Shown one piece after another: positions 18,306 through 28,009 of a stretch of 36,567 bases of DNA (position 1 is its first letter; each line of letters begins with the position of its first letter). The stretch lies in NCBI GenBank assembly GCA_003140895.1, contig PLLH01000069.1:13189-49755 (forward strand), in the 5' to 3' direction. The notes beneath the pieces were generated by a model. The model had not been told where the DNA came from, did not search any database, and saw only the letters and a program-made list of their open reading frames with translations. The stretch is from Elusimicrobiota bacterium (lineage in GTDB: Bacteria; Elusimicrobiota; Elusimicrobia; F11). Both the position numbers and the translations under genes were made by a program.

Positions 18306-18514
18306 GGGGCGCTTATCACCGGTCTCAATCGTCGGCCTCTCCTTCGAAGACGTCTTCGCGAAAATATTCCGCTTCCCATGCCGAGACCACTCATTTCCGA
18401 TCGGTCATGGGCGTGATGCTCGGGCTTTGCGAGGAACACGCCGTCCCTCTTGAAGAGGGAAAGACAACGACCCCGAAAACCGCTTCCTCTCATTGGGAGG
18501 TGAGCGGCGGATGA
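18302..18514 (+). CDS. Hypothetical 70 aa Ser/Thr-rich small protein
   Basis: Fills the rsmH-ftsL gap exactly, with ATGA start/stop overlaps at both ends. No recognisable domain. Confidence 0.45.
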   Translation: MRGAYHRSQSSASPSKTSSRKYSASHAETTHFRSVMGVMLGLCEEHAVPLEEGKTTTPKTASSHWEVSGG

Positions 18515-18819
18515 CGCCGCTTCGACTGGGAGATCGAGGGGTTCAACCCTCACTTCGGTTCGGGTTCTCCGTCGTTGGAGGGGTTCTCGCGATGGGGGGA
18601 GTCCTGTTTTTTTATGTTTGGTGGCCGATTCAGGCGGAGCGGGCCTTGATCACTCTCAAACGCGTGGAAAAAGAAGTCTCCCAGAAGAAACAAGAAATCA
18701 ATGAGCTGAATTCGAAATACGCTTCATTAACCTCTCTCTCTAATTTGGATGCGTGGGCCAAGAAAAACGGCCCCTGGAAATCTCCGAGTGCCAATGATAT
18801 TTTCACGATCGAATACTGA
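18511..18819 (+). CDS. ftsL: Probable cell division protein FtsL
   Basis: Short N-terminus, one TM helix, coiled coil, L-x-S-x-x-x-L-x-x-x-A. Lies between rsmH and ftsI, with strong SD GGGAGGTG before the ATG at 18511. Confidence 0.7.
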   Translation: MTPLRLGDRGVQPSLRFGFSVVGGVLAMGGVLFFYVWWPIQAERALITLKRVEKEVSQKKQEINELNSKYASLTSLSNLDAWAKKNGPWKSPSANDIFTIEY

Positions 18820-20479
18820 GTTCGAGAATTATTATTCCACATCCGCCCGACTCTCCTTTATCCGTTTCTCCAGCGCCCTGCTCTTCGCGGTCGTCGCCGT
18901 TCGCCTGATCTATGTCCAGGGTATTTTAAGGACCGATCTTCGGGAAAAAGCGGAGCGTCAGCTTCCTTCTGAGATGACCTATAAAGCGCCTCGCTGGCGG
19001 ATCCTGGACCGCCGCCGGCTCTCACTGGCCGAGTCCGTGCAGGTCCAATCCTGCTATGTCGATCCGACCATGCTGGGGAATAAGCCAAAAACCGCTGACA
19101 TCCTGGCTCAAACATTTGATTTGAACTCTCATGACCTCTTAAAAAAGATCCGTGAGACCAAGGGGTCTTTTTTATGGATCAAAAGGGATGTGCCGCTTTT
19201 GGCGGTCAATGCGCTGAAAGCGAAGAAAATTCTGGGGGTCGGGTTTAAATCTGAATCGAGACGCCATTATCCCCTGGGTCCATTGGCTTCGCATGCCATG
19301 GGCTTGGTGGGGTTCGACGGCCGCGGACTCTCCGGCGTCGAAGCGTCGTTTGATTCCAGCCTCTCCATTAAAAAAGCCTTGGTGCCGTCGTCAAAGCCGC
19401 TTCCGCCGGGCGATGTGGTGCTGACGATCGACAGCGGGATCCAGCAAATTGTTGAAAGAGAGCTCCAATGGGGAGTGAATAAAACCGGAGCCAAAAAAGG
19501 CATGGCGATCGTTCAGGATCCATGGACCGGAGAAATTCTGGCCATGGCGAGCGTGCCGTCGTTGTCTCTGGATCCGGATAAGCCTCCCTTGGCCGATGAA
19601 TTGCGGATTCCTCCGGTGGTTGACGTGTTTGAGCCCGGGTCCACGTTTAAAATAGTGGCCGCAGCCGGAGCGATTGAAGAGAAGCTTGTCGTTCCCGGAG
19701 AACAGTTCAGCGGTGAAAAGGGCGCCATGAAATTGGCGGGGGGACTAACGATTCACGATCATGAACCGAGACAAAGCATGACGTTCGATGATATTTGGAC
19801 ATACTCGTCCAACATCGGCGCGTCCAAAATTGGCGAGCGGTTGGGCTCTGGCCGTCTTTATCAATACGCGCGTCTTTTTGGTTTCGGCGTGTTTCCCGGT
19901 TCAGGTCTTCCCGGAGAAGCCAAAGGTTTTTTACGGCCGTTGTCCCAATGGAGCGGGGTCTCGAAGAATGTGGTTTCCTTCGGGCAAGAGGTCAGCGTGA
20001 CGGCCCTTCAATTGGTGGGGGCGTATTCGACCATCGCGAACGGGGGACGGTTGATGGAACCCACTCTGGTCAAAGGGATTGTGTCGGAAACGGGCGATTT
20101 CCTCTGGAAAGACAACCCGACCGAGGTGCGTCGCGTGATTACCAAATCCACCGCCGACCGGCTCACGCAGATTCTCGTCCGCGTCGTCGAGAAAGGGACG
20201 GGCCAGTACGCTCAACTCAGGTGGGGAAATCAAAAGGTGGCCGGCAAAACAGGAACGGCCCAGAAATTTGACAACAAGGACCGCCGCTATCATTCTGAAT
20301 TGACGCTGGTTTCGTTCTGCGGTTTTTTTCCGGCGGATAAGCCCGCGTACACGATGCTCATTGTGTTGGACGAACCGGAAGGCCAGAGGTGGGGAGGGGT
20401 CGACGCGGCGCCCATTTTTAGACGTATCGCCGAACAAATTCTCCCGGCGAAGGCGTCGCCTGGCAAGGGTGAACATTAA
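18794..20479 (+). CDS. ftsI: Class B penicillin-binding protein FtsI/PBP3
   Basis: N-terminal TM, ILDR, R-x-YP-x-G, G-x-SGVE, LTID, catalytic STFK, SSN and KTGTAQ. The start at ATG 18794 is inferred. Confidence 0.92.
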   Translation: MIFSRSNTEFENYYSTSARLSFIRFSSALLFAVVAVRLIYVQGILRTDLREKAERQLPSEMTYKAPRWRILDRRRLSLAESVQVQSCYVDPTMLGNKPKTADILAQTFDLNSHDLLKKIRETKGSFLWIKRDVPLLAVNALKAKKILGVGFKSESRRHYPLGPLASHAMGLVGFDGRGLSGVEASFDSSLSIKKALVPSSKPLPPGDVVLTIDSGIQQIVERELQWGVNKTGAKKGMAIVQDPWTGEILAMASVPSLSLDPDKPPLADELRIPPVVDVFEPGSTFKIVAAAGAIEEKLVVPGEQFSGEKGAMKLAGGLTIHDHEPRQSMTFDDIWTYSSNIGASKIGERLGSGRLYQYARLFGFGVFPGSGLPGEAKGFLRPLSQWSGVSKNVVSFGQEVSVTALQLVGAYSTIANGGRLMEPTLVKGIVSETGDFLWKDNPTEVRRVITKSTADRLTQILVRVVEKGTGQYAQLRWGNQKVAGKTGTAQKFDNKDRRYHSELTLVSFCGFFPADKPAYTMLIVLDEPEGQRWGGVDAAPIFRRIAEQILPAKASPGKGEH

Positions 20480-21945
20480 TGCCCTCGGTGTCTCTGAGCG
20501 ATTTATTGCTGACCTGCGGTCTCACCCCTCCGGATATGAAGACGACGCTCATTTCCGGGTTGGCGTATGACTCCCGCCTTGTCAAAAAAGGGGATTTGTT
20601 CTTCGCGATGAAAGGCCACCATGTTGATGGGCACCTGTTTATTCGTGAGGTTGAGAAGAAAGGAGCGGCGGCGGCGCTGGTGGAGCGACCCGTTCCCGCG
20701 GGGATTCCGTGTTTTCCCGTGCCGTCTGTTTTGGCGGCGATGTCAAAAGTGTCCACCGCCTTCTTTGGAAATCCATGCGAGCGGATTCCCGTGATTGGCA
20801 TCACCGGGACCAACGGGAAGACCACGATCACCTATCTCATCGAAGATCTTCTTCAGGCGGCGGGGAAAACGTGCGGCGTCATGGGGACGGTTAATTATCG
20901 AATCGGATCCCGGTCAGTTCCCGCTCCCAACACGACGCCGATGTCATTGGACGTGCAGGCGTTTTTGGCGGATCTCGTGGAGGCCAACGCCTCCGCGGCC
21001 GTGATGGAGGTGTCGTCCCACGCGTTGGAACTGAATCGAGTTGAAGATGTCACGTACGCGGTGGGCGTTTTCACGAATTTGACGCAAGATCATCTGGATT
21101 TCCATAAGGACATGGAAACGTATTTCAAAGCCAAGATGAAACTGTTCCAGCATGGGAAAAGCAAAAAGATCGTCGTTAACGCGGATGATCCGTATGGGGT
21201 CCGGTTGCTGGACCAGTTTCCGGAGGCGCTGGGTTTTGGATTTTCAGAGCGGGCGTCGCTCCGGGCGTCGCGCCACTCCCTTAATTTAAAGGGGATTGAA
21301 TTCGATTTGACGTTTCCGTCAAAGAAGACCCATCGCATTAAGACGAATTTGATGGGTCTTCATAATATCTCCAATGGTCTGGCAGCCGCCGGCGCCATGC
21401 TGGCTTTTGGTCTTTCGGAAGAGCAGATTGTCGGGGGGCTTAATCGAAATCATGCCGTTCCCGGGCGGCTGGAGCGGGTGGAGCAAGGACAACATTTCGT
21501 TGTCGTGGTGGATTACGCGCACACGCACGACGCGTTGGAAAAAGTGTTGACGGCGCTTCGCGTCACGGGGCCGAAGCATATTCGGTGCGTGTTCGGAGCC
21601 GGAGGAGACCGGGACCGGACCAAGCGTCCGCGGATGGGTCGCGTCGCCGTTCTTCTAGCTGATTTTGTATACGTGACGTCGGATAACCCTCGTTCCGAAG
21701 ATCCACTGTTGATCATGCGTGAGATTGAAGAGGGCATTAAACAGGCGAACCGGTCGAACTATTGTCTGGAAGTGGACCGCGAAAAGGCCATTGAGAAAGC
21801 CATTTCGGACGCCGTTGACGGAGACATCGTTTTATTGGCCGGGAAAGGGCATGAGACGGTTCAGATTTTTAACGATAAGAGAGTCCATTTCTCCGATCAG
21901 GAAACAGCGGTCAAGGCCATCAAAAGGAAATTAAATCGCTTATGA
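20479..21945 (+). CDS. murE: UDP-MurNAc-dipeptide:meso-DAP ligase MurE
   Basis: GITGTNGKTT, MEVSSH, TNLTQDHLDFH, DYAHT, GGDRD, and DNPR (the DAP-specific motif). Confidence 0.96.
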   Translation: MPSVSLSDLLLTCGLTPPDMKTTLISGLAYDSRLVKKGDLFFAMKGHHVDGHLFIREVEKKGAAAALVERPVPAGIPCFPVPSVLAAMSKVSTAFFGNPCERIPVIGITGTNGKTTITYLIEDLLQAAGKTCGVMGTVNYRIGSRSVPAPNTTPMSLDVQAFLADLVEANASAAVMEVSSHALELNRVEDVTYAVGVFTNLTQDHLDFHKDMETYFKAKMKLFQHGKSKKIVVNADDPYGVRLLDQFPEALGFGFSERASLRASRHSLNLKGIEFDLTFPSKKTHRIKTNLMGLHNISNGLAAAGAMLAFGLSEEQIVGGLNRNHAVPGRLERVEQGQHFVVVVDYAHTHDALEKVLTALRVTGPKHIRCVFGAGGDRDRTKRPRMGRVAVLLADFVYVTSDNPRSEDPLLIMREIEEGIKQANRSNYCLEVDREKAIEKAISDAVDGDIVLLAGKGHETVQIFNDKRVHFSDQETAVKAIKRKLNRL

Positions 21946-23339
21946 AAGTGATGATTCGTGATTTGGTCCGCGTGTTTAAAGGACAGCTGATTTTGGGCGA
22001 TCCCAAAACGGTCGTGACGCGGGCCTCCATTGATTCCAGAACGGTTGAACCCGGCGTTTTGTTTTTCGCCCTCAAAGGGGCGCGCGCGGATGGCCATGCG
22101 TATGCGATGGCCGCCTGCCGGCAGGGAGTCGCGGCTGTCGTGGTGTCTCATTTGGATTGGATGGGGCCCGTTCAAAACTTATCGTCCGCTGTGATTCGAG
22201 TTGAGAATCCTCAAGAGGCCCTTCAACAGTTGGGGACTTATCTCAGGGGACAATTCAAAGGGGCGGTGGTCGGCATCACCGGATCCAATGGGAAAACCAC
22301 CACCAAACAAATGACCGCCAGTGTTTTGCAGGCGCTTGGGAAGGGGCTCTCGACAAAGGGAAATTACAACAGTCAGTTGGGCCTGCCGCTGGTCTTGAGT
22401 GAATTGGCTGAAGATCACTCCTGGATCGTGTTGGAACTGGGGGCGTCCGAGCCCGGTCATATTCTTAAATTGGCCGAGATCGCTCACCCGAAAATCGGCG
22501 TCATCACGAGCATCGGCCCGGCCCATTTGGCGAGCTTCGGTTCCGTTGCTATGATTGCCCAGTCCAAATGGGAATTGATGGAATCGCTTCCATCGGACGG
22601 GATGGCGGTGGTGCCCTGGGGAGAACCGACGTTGGAGCCGCTCATCCGTTCCTTTACAAAACGGCTGGTTTTCTTCGGAGAAGATTCGTCGTGCGCGGTC
22701 AGGGCCTCCGCCATTGAGTCCAAAGACGACACCCGTTTTATTCTGCATATCGGATCGATGAGCGCGAAAGTCCAACTCCCGGTGCCTGGACGGTTTAACG
22801 TGAAGAACGCGCTGGCGAGCGCCGCCGTTGGATGGCTCCTGGGGATTTCCGTGGACCGCATCGCCGAGGGGTTGAGATCGTTTGTGCCGCCTCCCATGCG
22901 AATGCAAACGATCAAACATTCCTCGGGCGCCATTTTCGTGAACGATGCCTATAACGCCAATCCGGCATCCATGGTTCAATCCATTTGGTCGTTTATGGAA
23001 AACTATTCGGATAAAGAGCGCGTGGTTGTTTTGGGGTCGATGGCGGAGTTGGGAGAAGAAAGCCCCAAATTACATTTCCATATTGGGACGGAAGTCGGCA
23101 AATGCACGATCAATAAAATATTCCTGTTCGGCGAGGAAACGAAAATGGTGCTGGACGGGCTCATGGCCGTGGGGCGAAACCAACGCGATATCGTTCATAC
23201 GAATAAAATTGAAGAGTTGATCGAGCAGGTGAGGAAACAGCTGAAACCCAACGTCGCCATCCTCTTTAAGGGATCGAGGGTCATGCAGTTGGAGCGGGTG
23301 ATCGAGGCGTTGCAAAAAAACGCGGAGGTAAACGTCTAG
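21942..23339 (+). CDS. murF: UDP-MurNAc-tripeptide:D-Ala-D-Ala ligase MurF
   Basis: GITGSNGKTTTK, GNYN, NDAYNANPAS, LGSMAELG and KGSR. Confidence 0.95.
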   Translation: MKVMIRDLVRVFKGQLILGDPKTVVTRASIDSRTVEPGVLFFALKGARADGHAYAMAACRQGVAAVVVSHLDWMGPVQNLSSAVIRVENPQEALQQLGTYLRGQFKGAVVGITGSNGKTTTKQMTASVLQALGKGLSTKGNYNSQLGLPLVLSELAEDHSWIVLELGASEPGHILKLAEIAHPKIGVITSIGPAHLASFGSVAMIAQSKWELMESLPSDGMAVVPWGEPTLEPLIRSFTKRLVFFGEDSSCAVRASAIESKDDTRFILHIGSMSAKVQLPVPGRFNVKNALASAAVGWLLGISVDRIAEGLRSFVPPPMRMQTIKHSSGAIFVNDAYNANPASMVQSIWSFMENYSDKERVVVLGSMAELGEESPKLHFHIGTEVGKCTINKIFLFGEETKMVLDGLMAVGRNQRDIVHTNKIEELIEQVRKQLKPNVAILFKGSRVMQLERVIEALQKNAEVNV

Positions 23340-24424
23340 TGCTTTATTTTTTGAATCAATACAGGGAATTCTGGGGACCGCTCAACGTGTTTCAATACAT
23401 CACGTTCCGGACGGGCGGCGCTTTTTTAACCGCGCTCATCATTATGCTGGCCTTCGGAGGGCGGTTTTTACGGCTCATCAAGGCTCATCAGATCACGCAA
23501 ACCGTTCGCGAAGACGGGCCGCAAAGCCATCTTCCGAAATCGGGAACCCCCACCATGGGGGGGCTTCTCATCCTGGTCGCTCTCGTTGTCTCGACGGTTC
23601 TTTGGGCCCGTCTTAATAATCGGTTTATCTTAATCACGCTGGGGTCGGCGGTTTTTCTGGGGGTCCTCGGTTTTTTTGACGATTATCGAAAGCTCGTTCG
23701 AAAGCAATCGTCCAAAGGATTGTCTCAGGCCTCCAAAATGACGTTTCAAATGATATGGGCGTTGCTCGTCATCGGCTATCTCTATTTTGATCCGCCCAAT
23801 TCGCAATTCCACACCCTGGTTCAAGTGCCGTATCTGAAAAACGCGTTTATCAACGTGGGTTCCTTCATCATCCTTTTCGGAATGATCGTCGTGATCGGCG
23901 CCTCCAACGCCGTCAACCTGACCGACGGGTTGGACGGTTTGGCGTGCGGGACGCTTTTGATCAGCGCTCTCACGTTCGGAATTTTCGCCTATCTGGCAGG
24001 GAATATGAAATTGTCTGGTTATCTTCGATTGATCCCTGTCCCCGGCGCGGGAGAGTTGACGATCTATTTGGCGGCCATGGCCGGCGCCTGTTTGGGGTTT
24101 CTTTGGTTCAACGGGTACCCGGCGTCGATTTTTATGGGAGACACGGGGTCATTGTTTCTGGGAGGCACCATCGGGCTCGTGGCGGTGGCCATTCGAATGG
24201 AACTCATTATGGTGATCGTGGGCGGCATCTTTGTGGCGGAAACCTCGTCGGTCTTGCTTCAAGTGGCTTCGTTCCGGTTCTTCGGCCGGCGGATTTTCCG
24301 CATGGCGCCGCTTCACCATCATTTTGAGCTCATGGGGTGGCCTGAAACAAAAGTCACGCTTCGTTTCTGGATCGTCGCCGTCGTGTTGGCTTTGATCGCG
24401 ATGACCTCTCTCAAATTGAGATGA
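23339..24424 (+). CDS. mraY: Phospho-MurNAc-pentapeptide transferase MraY
   Basis: K-x-GTPTMGG, DDY, NAVNLTDGLDGL, FMGDTGS and MAPLHHHFE. Confidence 0.97.
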   Translation: MLYFLNQYREFWGPLNVFQYITFRTGGAFLTALIIMLAFGGRFLRLIKAHQITQTVREDGPQSHLPKSGTPTMGGLLILVALVVSTVLWARLNNRFILITLGSAVFLGVLGFFDDYRKLVRKQSSKGLSQASKMTFQMIWALLVIGYLYFDPPNSQFHTLVQVPYLKNAFINVGSFIILFGMIVVIGASNAVNLTDGLDGLACGTLLISALTFGIFAYLAGNMKLSGYLRLIPVPGAGELTIYLAAMAGACLGFLWFNGYPASIFMGDTGSLFLGGTIGLVAVAIRMELIMVIVGGIFVAETSSVLLQVASFRFFGRRIFRMAPLHHHFELMGWPETKVTLRFWIVAVVLALIAMTSLKLR

Positions 24425-25704
24425 TGTTTAACGGAAAAAAAGTTCTTGTGGTGGGCCTGGGGAAATCCGGGTTGGCCGCGGCGCGACTCCTTAGAAAACG
24501 AGGAGCCCGGGTTTTTCTCACGGAGCAAAAACTGCGAAGCGCCGTTAAAGACCTCATCAAAAAAATCCCGGCTGGCGTTTCCTGCGAGATGGGATCCCAC
24601 CGTTTCTTCCGTTCCGCCTTTGATCTGATTGTCGTGAGTCCGGGCGTTCCCTGGGATCAGCCGGATCTGGTTCGCGCTCGAAAAAAAGGCATTCCCGTGT
24701 GGCCGGAGCTGGAACTGGGATGGCGATGCGTGAGCCCGGCTCAAACGATCGCGATCACGGGAACCAATGGAAAAACGACGACAACCGCTTTGATCGGCCA
24801 CGTTCTTGAAAAAGCCGGGCGTCCGGTGGCGGTGGGAGGAAATATCGGGCGGCCTCTTTGTGAATTTTCGGATCAAGTAACGTCGAAGACGTTTTTGGTG
24901 CTTGAAGTGTCCAGCTATCAGCTGGAAGGACATGAGACGTTTCATCCCAACGTGGGTCTCGTGTTGAACGTCACGCCGGATCATCTGAAACGGCACGGAA
25001 CCATGTCTCGTTACACCGCGGCCAAGGGACGCGTTTTTGCCAACGCCACGCCCAACGACGTCGCCGTTTTGAATCGGAACGACGCGTGGTGCCGCAAAAT
25101 TGGTAAACGCACAAAGGCCCGGAAAGTGTGGTTTCCATCGAGTTCGCTCAAGCGGTTGGCTCAACACATCCGGCTTCCCGGCCAACATAATTTGGAAAAC
25201 GCCATGGCGGCGGTGGGGGCTCTCAAAGCCGTCGGCTTGAGCGACGCTGAAATCAAATCCGGGTTGGTGTCGTTTAAGGGCGTCAAGCACCGCATTCAAT
25301 TCATCGCCACGAAAAAAGGCGTTCACTATTTCAACGATTCGAAAGGAACCAACGTGGATTCGACGGTGGTCGCGCTCAAAGCGCTTACAAAGCCCGTCAT
25401 CCTTATTCTGGGGGGACAGGACAAGGGGTCGCCGTATAAGCCGCTCATTCCCTTGATCAAGAAAAAAGTCAGGGATATTTTGACGATCGGCGAAGCTCAT
25501 CCTCTGATCGCGCGGGATTTAAAAGGCTCCGCTCCCATCACGTCGTGCCGGACGCTGGAAAACGCCATTCGAACGGCGTCCGAGGTGGCCCGGAAGGGAG
25601 ATTCGGTGCTTCTTTCGCCCGCCTGCGCGTCGTTTGATCAATACAAGAATTTTGAAGAACGGGGAGACCATTTTATTAAACTGGTTCAACGGTTGAAAAA
25701 GTAA
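24421..25704 (+). CDS. murD: UDP-MurNAc-L-Ala:D-Glu ligase MurD
   Basis: GLGKSG, VSPG, ITGTNGKTTT, EVSSYQL, NDSKGTN and LSPACASFDQ. Confidence 0.96.
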   Translation: MMFNGKKVLVVGLGKSGLAAARLLRKRGARVFLTEQKLRSAVKDLIKKIPAGVSCEMGSHRFFRSAFDLIVVSPGVPWDQPDLVRARKKGIPVWPELELGWRCVSPAQTIAITGTNGKTTTTALIGHVLEKAGRPVAVGGNIGRPLCEFSDQVTSKTFLVLEVSSYQLEGHETFHPNVGLVLNVTPDHLKRHGTMSRYTAAKGRVFANATPNDVAVLNRNDAWCRKIGKRTKARKVWFPSSSLKRLAQHIRLPGQHNLENAMAAVGALKAVGLSDAEIKSGLVSFKGVKHRIQFIATKKGVHYFNDSKGTNVDSTVVALKALTKPVILILGGQDKGSPYKPLIPLIKKKVRDILTIGEAHPLIARDLKGSAPITSCRTLENAIRTASEVARKGDSVLLSPACASFDQYKNFEERGDHFIKLVQRLKK

Positions 25705-25714
25705 GGTCACCCAT

Positions 25715-26905
25715 ATGAATGTTCGTTATATCCCGAGCCGAAGCCGAATCCCGCCGGGGATTTTGTCCGTGAAGCGAATGGCGTCGCTGCTGCGGACATC
25801 GATTCCCGACGCGGGGCTTTTGATCTGCGTGTTGGGGCTTTTGGTGTTTGGCTGGGTGATGGTGTATTCCTCCAGCGCGCTGGCGGCAGAAATCCGTTAC
25901 CACGATCAATATTTTTTTCTCAAGCGGCAGATGATCTGGTCTTTCATCGGCTTGGTGGTCTACCTTGTGGCCGCCAACGTTCCCTTGCAGGTTTGGCAGA
26001 GCAAAACCTTCGCCCTCTATTTTTTTACGATCGGAGCGCTTATCGCCGTTCTTCTGGTCGGCCCCTCCATCGCCGGGGCCCGCCGGTGGATCCGGCTGGG
26101 TGGCTTTAGTTTTCAGCCGTCGGAAATCGCCAAAGTCGCCATGGTGTTTGTCGTGGCCGACTATATGGACCGGCGTCAGAGCCGGCTCAAACAATTCAGC
26201 AAGGGGCTTCTTCCTCTGCTTTTTTTGGTGGGCGTTTTGTTCGCCCTGATTTTGGTCGAGCCGGATTTGGGAACCCCGGTTTTGATGGGGCTCGTTTTAT
26301 TGGCTCTTCTCATTTTGGGCGGAGCTCGGTGGCGGCATTTGTTGTCGATGGGGATCGCCGTATTGCCGGTGTTGATTTTGGCGATCATCAAGGTGCGCTA
26401 TCGCCTGAAACGTCTCTTCGCGTATGTCGACCCCTGGTCCGATCCTCAAGGGACCGGATATCAGTTGGTTCAATCCCTTTTGGCGATGGGCTCCGGCGGC
26501 ATTTTTGGCCGCGGGCTGGGCGGATCCCGGATCAAAATTTCCAATCTTCCTGACGCGCACACGGATTTTGTTTTTTCCGTTATCGGAGAGGAGTTGGGCC
26601 TTCTGGGAACGCTCACCTGCGTCGCCCTTTTCCTCTTCTTGTGCATGTGGGGTCTTCAGGTGGCGAAGCGCGCGCCCACGTGCTTCTCCCGCCTGGTGGC
26701 GGCGGGCCTCAGTTTGACGATCGGCATTCAAGCCGTTATTAATATGGGAGTGGCCTCCGGGCTTTTTCCCACCAAAGGGATGCCGCTGCCCTTTCTCTCA
26801 TTCGGAGGTTCATCCCTCGTGATTATTATGATGTCGATCGGGCTTCTGGCTAATATTTCTCGTCAAGGCAAAAAGGAGCTTTCTCTCAAGGCGGTGGCGC
26901 TATGA
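25715..26905 (+). CDS. ftsW: Peptidoglycan glycosyltransferase FtsW
   Basis: MVYSSS, GARRW, FQPSE, EPDLG, GYQL-x-QS, LPDAHTDF, GEELG and PFLSFGGSS. The exact start is uncertain. Confidence 0.95.
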   Translation: MNVRYIPSRSRIPPGILSVKRMASLLRTSIPDAGLLICVLGLLVFGWVMVYSSSALAAEIRYHDQYFFLKRQMIWSFIGLVVYLVAANVPLQVWQSKTFALYFFTIGALIAVLLVGPSIAGARRWIRLGGFSFQPSEIAKVAMVFVVADYMDRRQSRLKQFSKGLLPLLFLVGVLFALILVEPDLGTPVLMGLVLLALLILGGARWRHLLSMGIAVLPVLILAIIKVRYRLKRLFAYVDPWSDPQGTGYQLVQSLLAMGSGGIFGRGLGGSRIKISNLPDAHTDFVFSVIGEELGLLGTLTCVALFLFLCMWGLQVAKRAPTCFSRLVAAGLSLTIGIQAVINMGVASGLFPTKGMPLPFLSFGGSSLVIIMMSIGLLANISRQGKKELSLKAVAL

Positions 26906-27987
26906 AGATTTTGATCGCGGCCGGAGGCACTGGAGGTCATTTTTATCCGGGGTTGGCCCTGTATCATGAACTTAAAAAACGGGGAGACGCCGTCCGCTTT
27001 GTCATTCGCCGCCGCGACTTCGTGACGCCGCTCCTCAACCGCGAAAAAATCTCGTATGGGACCATTTCAGCGGGAGGATTTGAGCGCCGGCTGTGTGTCC
27101 AAAATTTTGTTTCCCTTTTTAAACTCATTCTGGGGTTCGCGCAATCGTTTTTTCTCTTGATTCGATTCCGGCCGGACCGGGTCGTTGTGATGGGCGGATA
27201 TTTATCGGTTCCGGTGGCCTTGGCGGCCAGAATTTTGTCCGTTCCTGTGATTCTTCATGAGCAGAACTTGAAGCCCGGCTTGGCCAACCGATGCCTGGAC
27301 CGGTTGGCCTCACAGGTGGCCGTGAGTTTTGACGATAGCCGGCGTTTTTTTAAGACGCCTTCTGTTGTGACGGGAAATCCCGTTCGCGCCGACTTTGAAC
27401 AGCTGCCGGACCGGACCGAGGTGTGCGCCGCCTGGAATCTCGATCCCCGAAAGAAAACCATCCTTGTTTTTGGGGGGAGTCTGGGAGCGCATCGTCTCAA
27501 CGAGTTGATGGTTCAGGCCGTCCAGGGCCTTTCTCACCGAAAAGAATCGTTCCAAGTCTGCCATTGGACGGGACCTCAAGACGAGGAGATGGTTCGCGGC
27601 GCTTATGAATCGTTTGGGGTTCAGTGCAACGTGGAATCGTATTGCCATGAGATGCCGAAGGCCTTCAGCGTTTGTGACCTGGTGGTATGCCGGTCGGGCG
27701 CCAGCACCATTTCGGAACTGGTGGCGGTCAAACGCCCCGCCATCCTCATCCCCTATCCGCTCGCGACGGAGGCCCATCAATTGGCGAACGCGAACCTCCT
27801 GGCCGCGTGGGGAGTGGCGCATGTTTATGAAGAAAGTTCCTTGCGGAACGGTGAGCTGCAGGGGATTCTCTCCGCCTTTTTATTGAACGGCGTTGCGCTG
27901 GAGGAGATGAAACGGCGGTATTCGGAGATTCATCTGAAACCATTTTTATCGGCGGGCTTGATCGCCGATCTGGTTCATCACGTGTGA
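26902..27987 (+). CDS. murG: Lipid II GlcNAc transferase MurG
   Basis: GGTGGH, GGY-x-S, HEQN, TGNPVR, GGSLGA, RSGAST and HQ-x-x-NA. Confidence 0.96.
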   Translation: MKILIAAGGTGGHFYPGLALYHELKKRGDAVRFVIRRRDFVTPLLNREKISYGTISAGGFERRLCVQNFVSLFKLILGFAQSFFLLIRFRPDRVVVMGGYLSVPVALAARILSVPVILHEQNLKPGLANRCLDRLASQVAVSFDDSRRFFKTPSVVTGNPVRADFEQLPDRTEVCAAWNLDPRKKTILVFGGSLGAHRLNELMVQAVQGLSHRKESFQVCHWTGPQDEEMVRGAYESFGVQCNVESYCHEMPKAFSVCDLVVCRSGASTISELVAVKRPAILIPYPLATEAHQLANANLLAAWGVAHVYEESSLRNGELQGILSAFLLNGVALEEMKRRYSEIHLKPFLSAGLIADLVHHV

Positions 27988-28009
27988 TTTCATCACGCGT
28001 AAGGCGAGG

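Noticed and set aside
22179-25500. Antisense ORFs of 266 aa (opposite murF) and 393 aa (opposite murD)
   Set aside because: They overlap well-supported core genes, have no recognisable domains, and are explained by codon bias.
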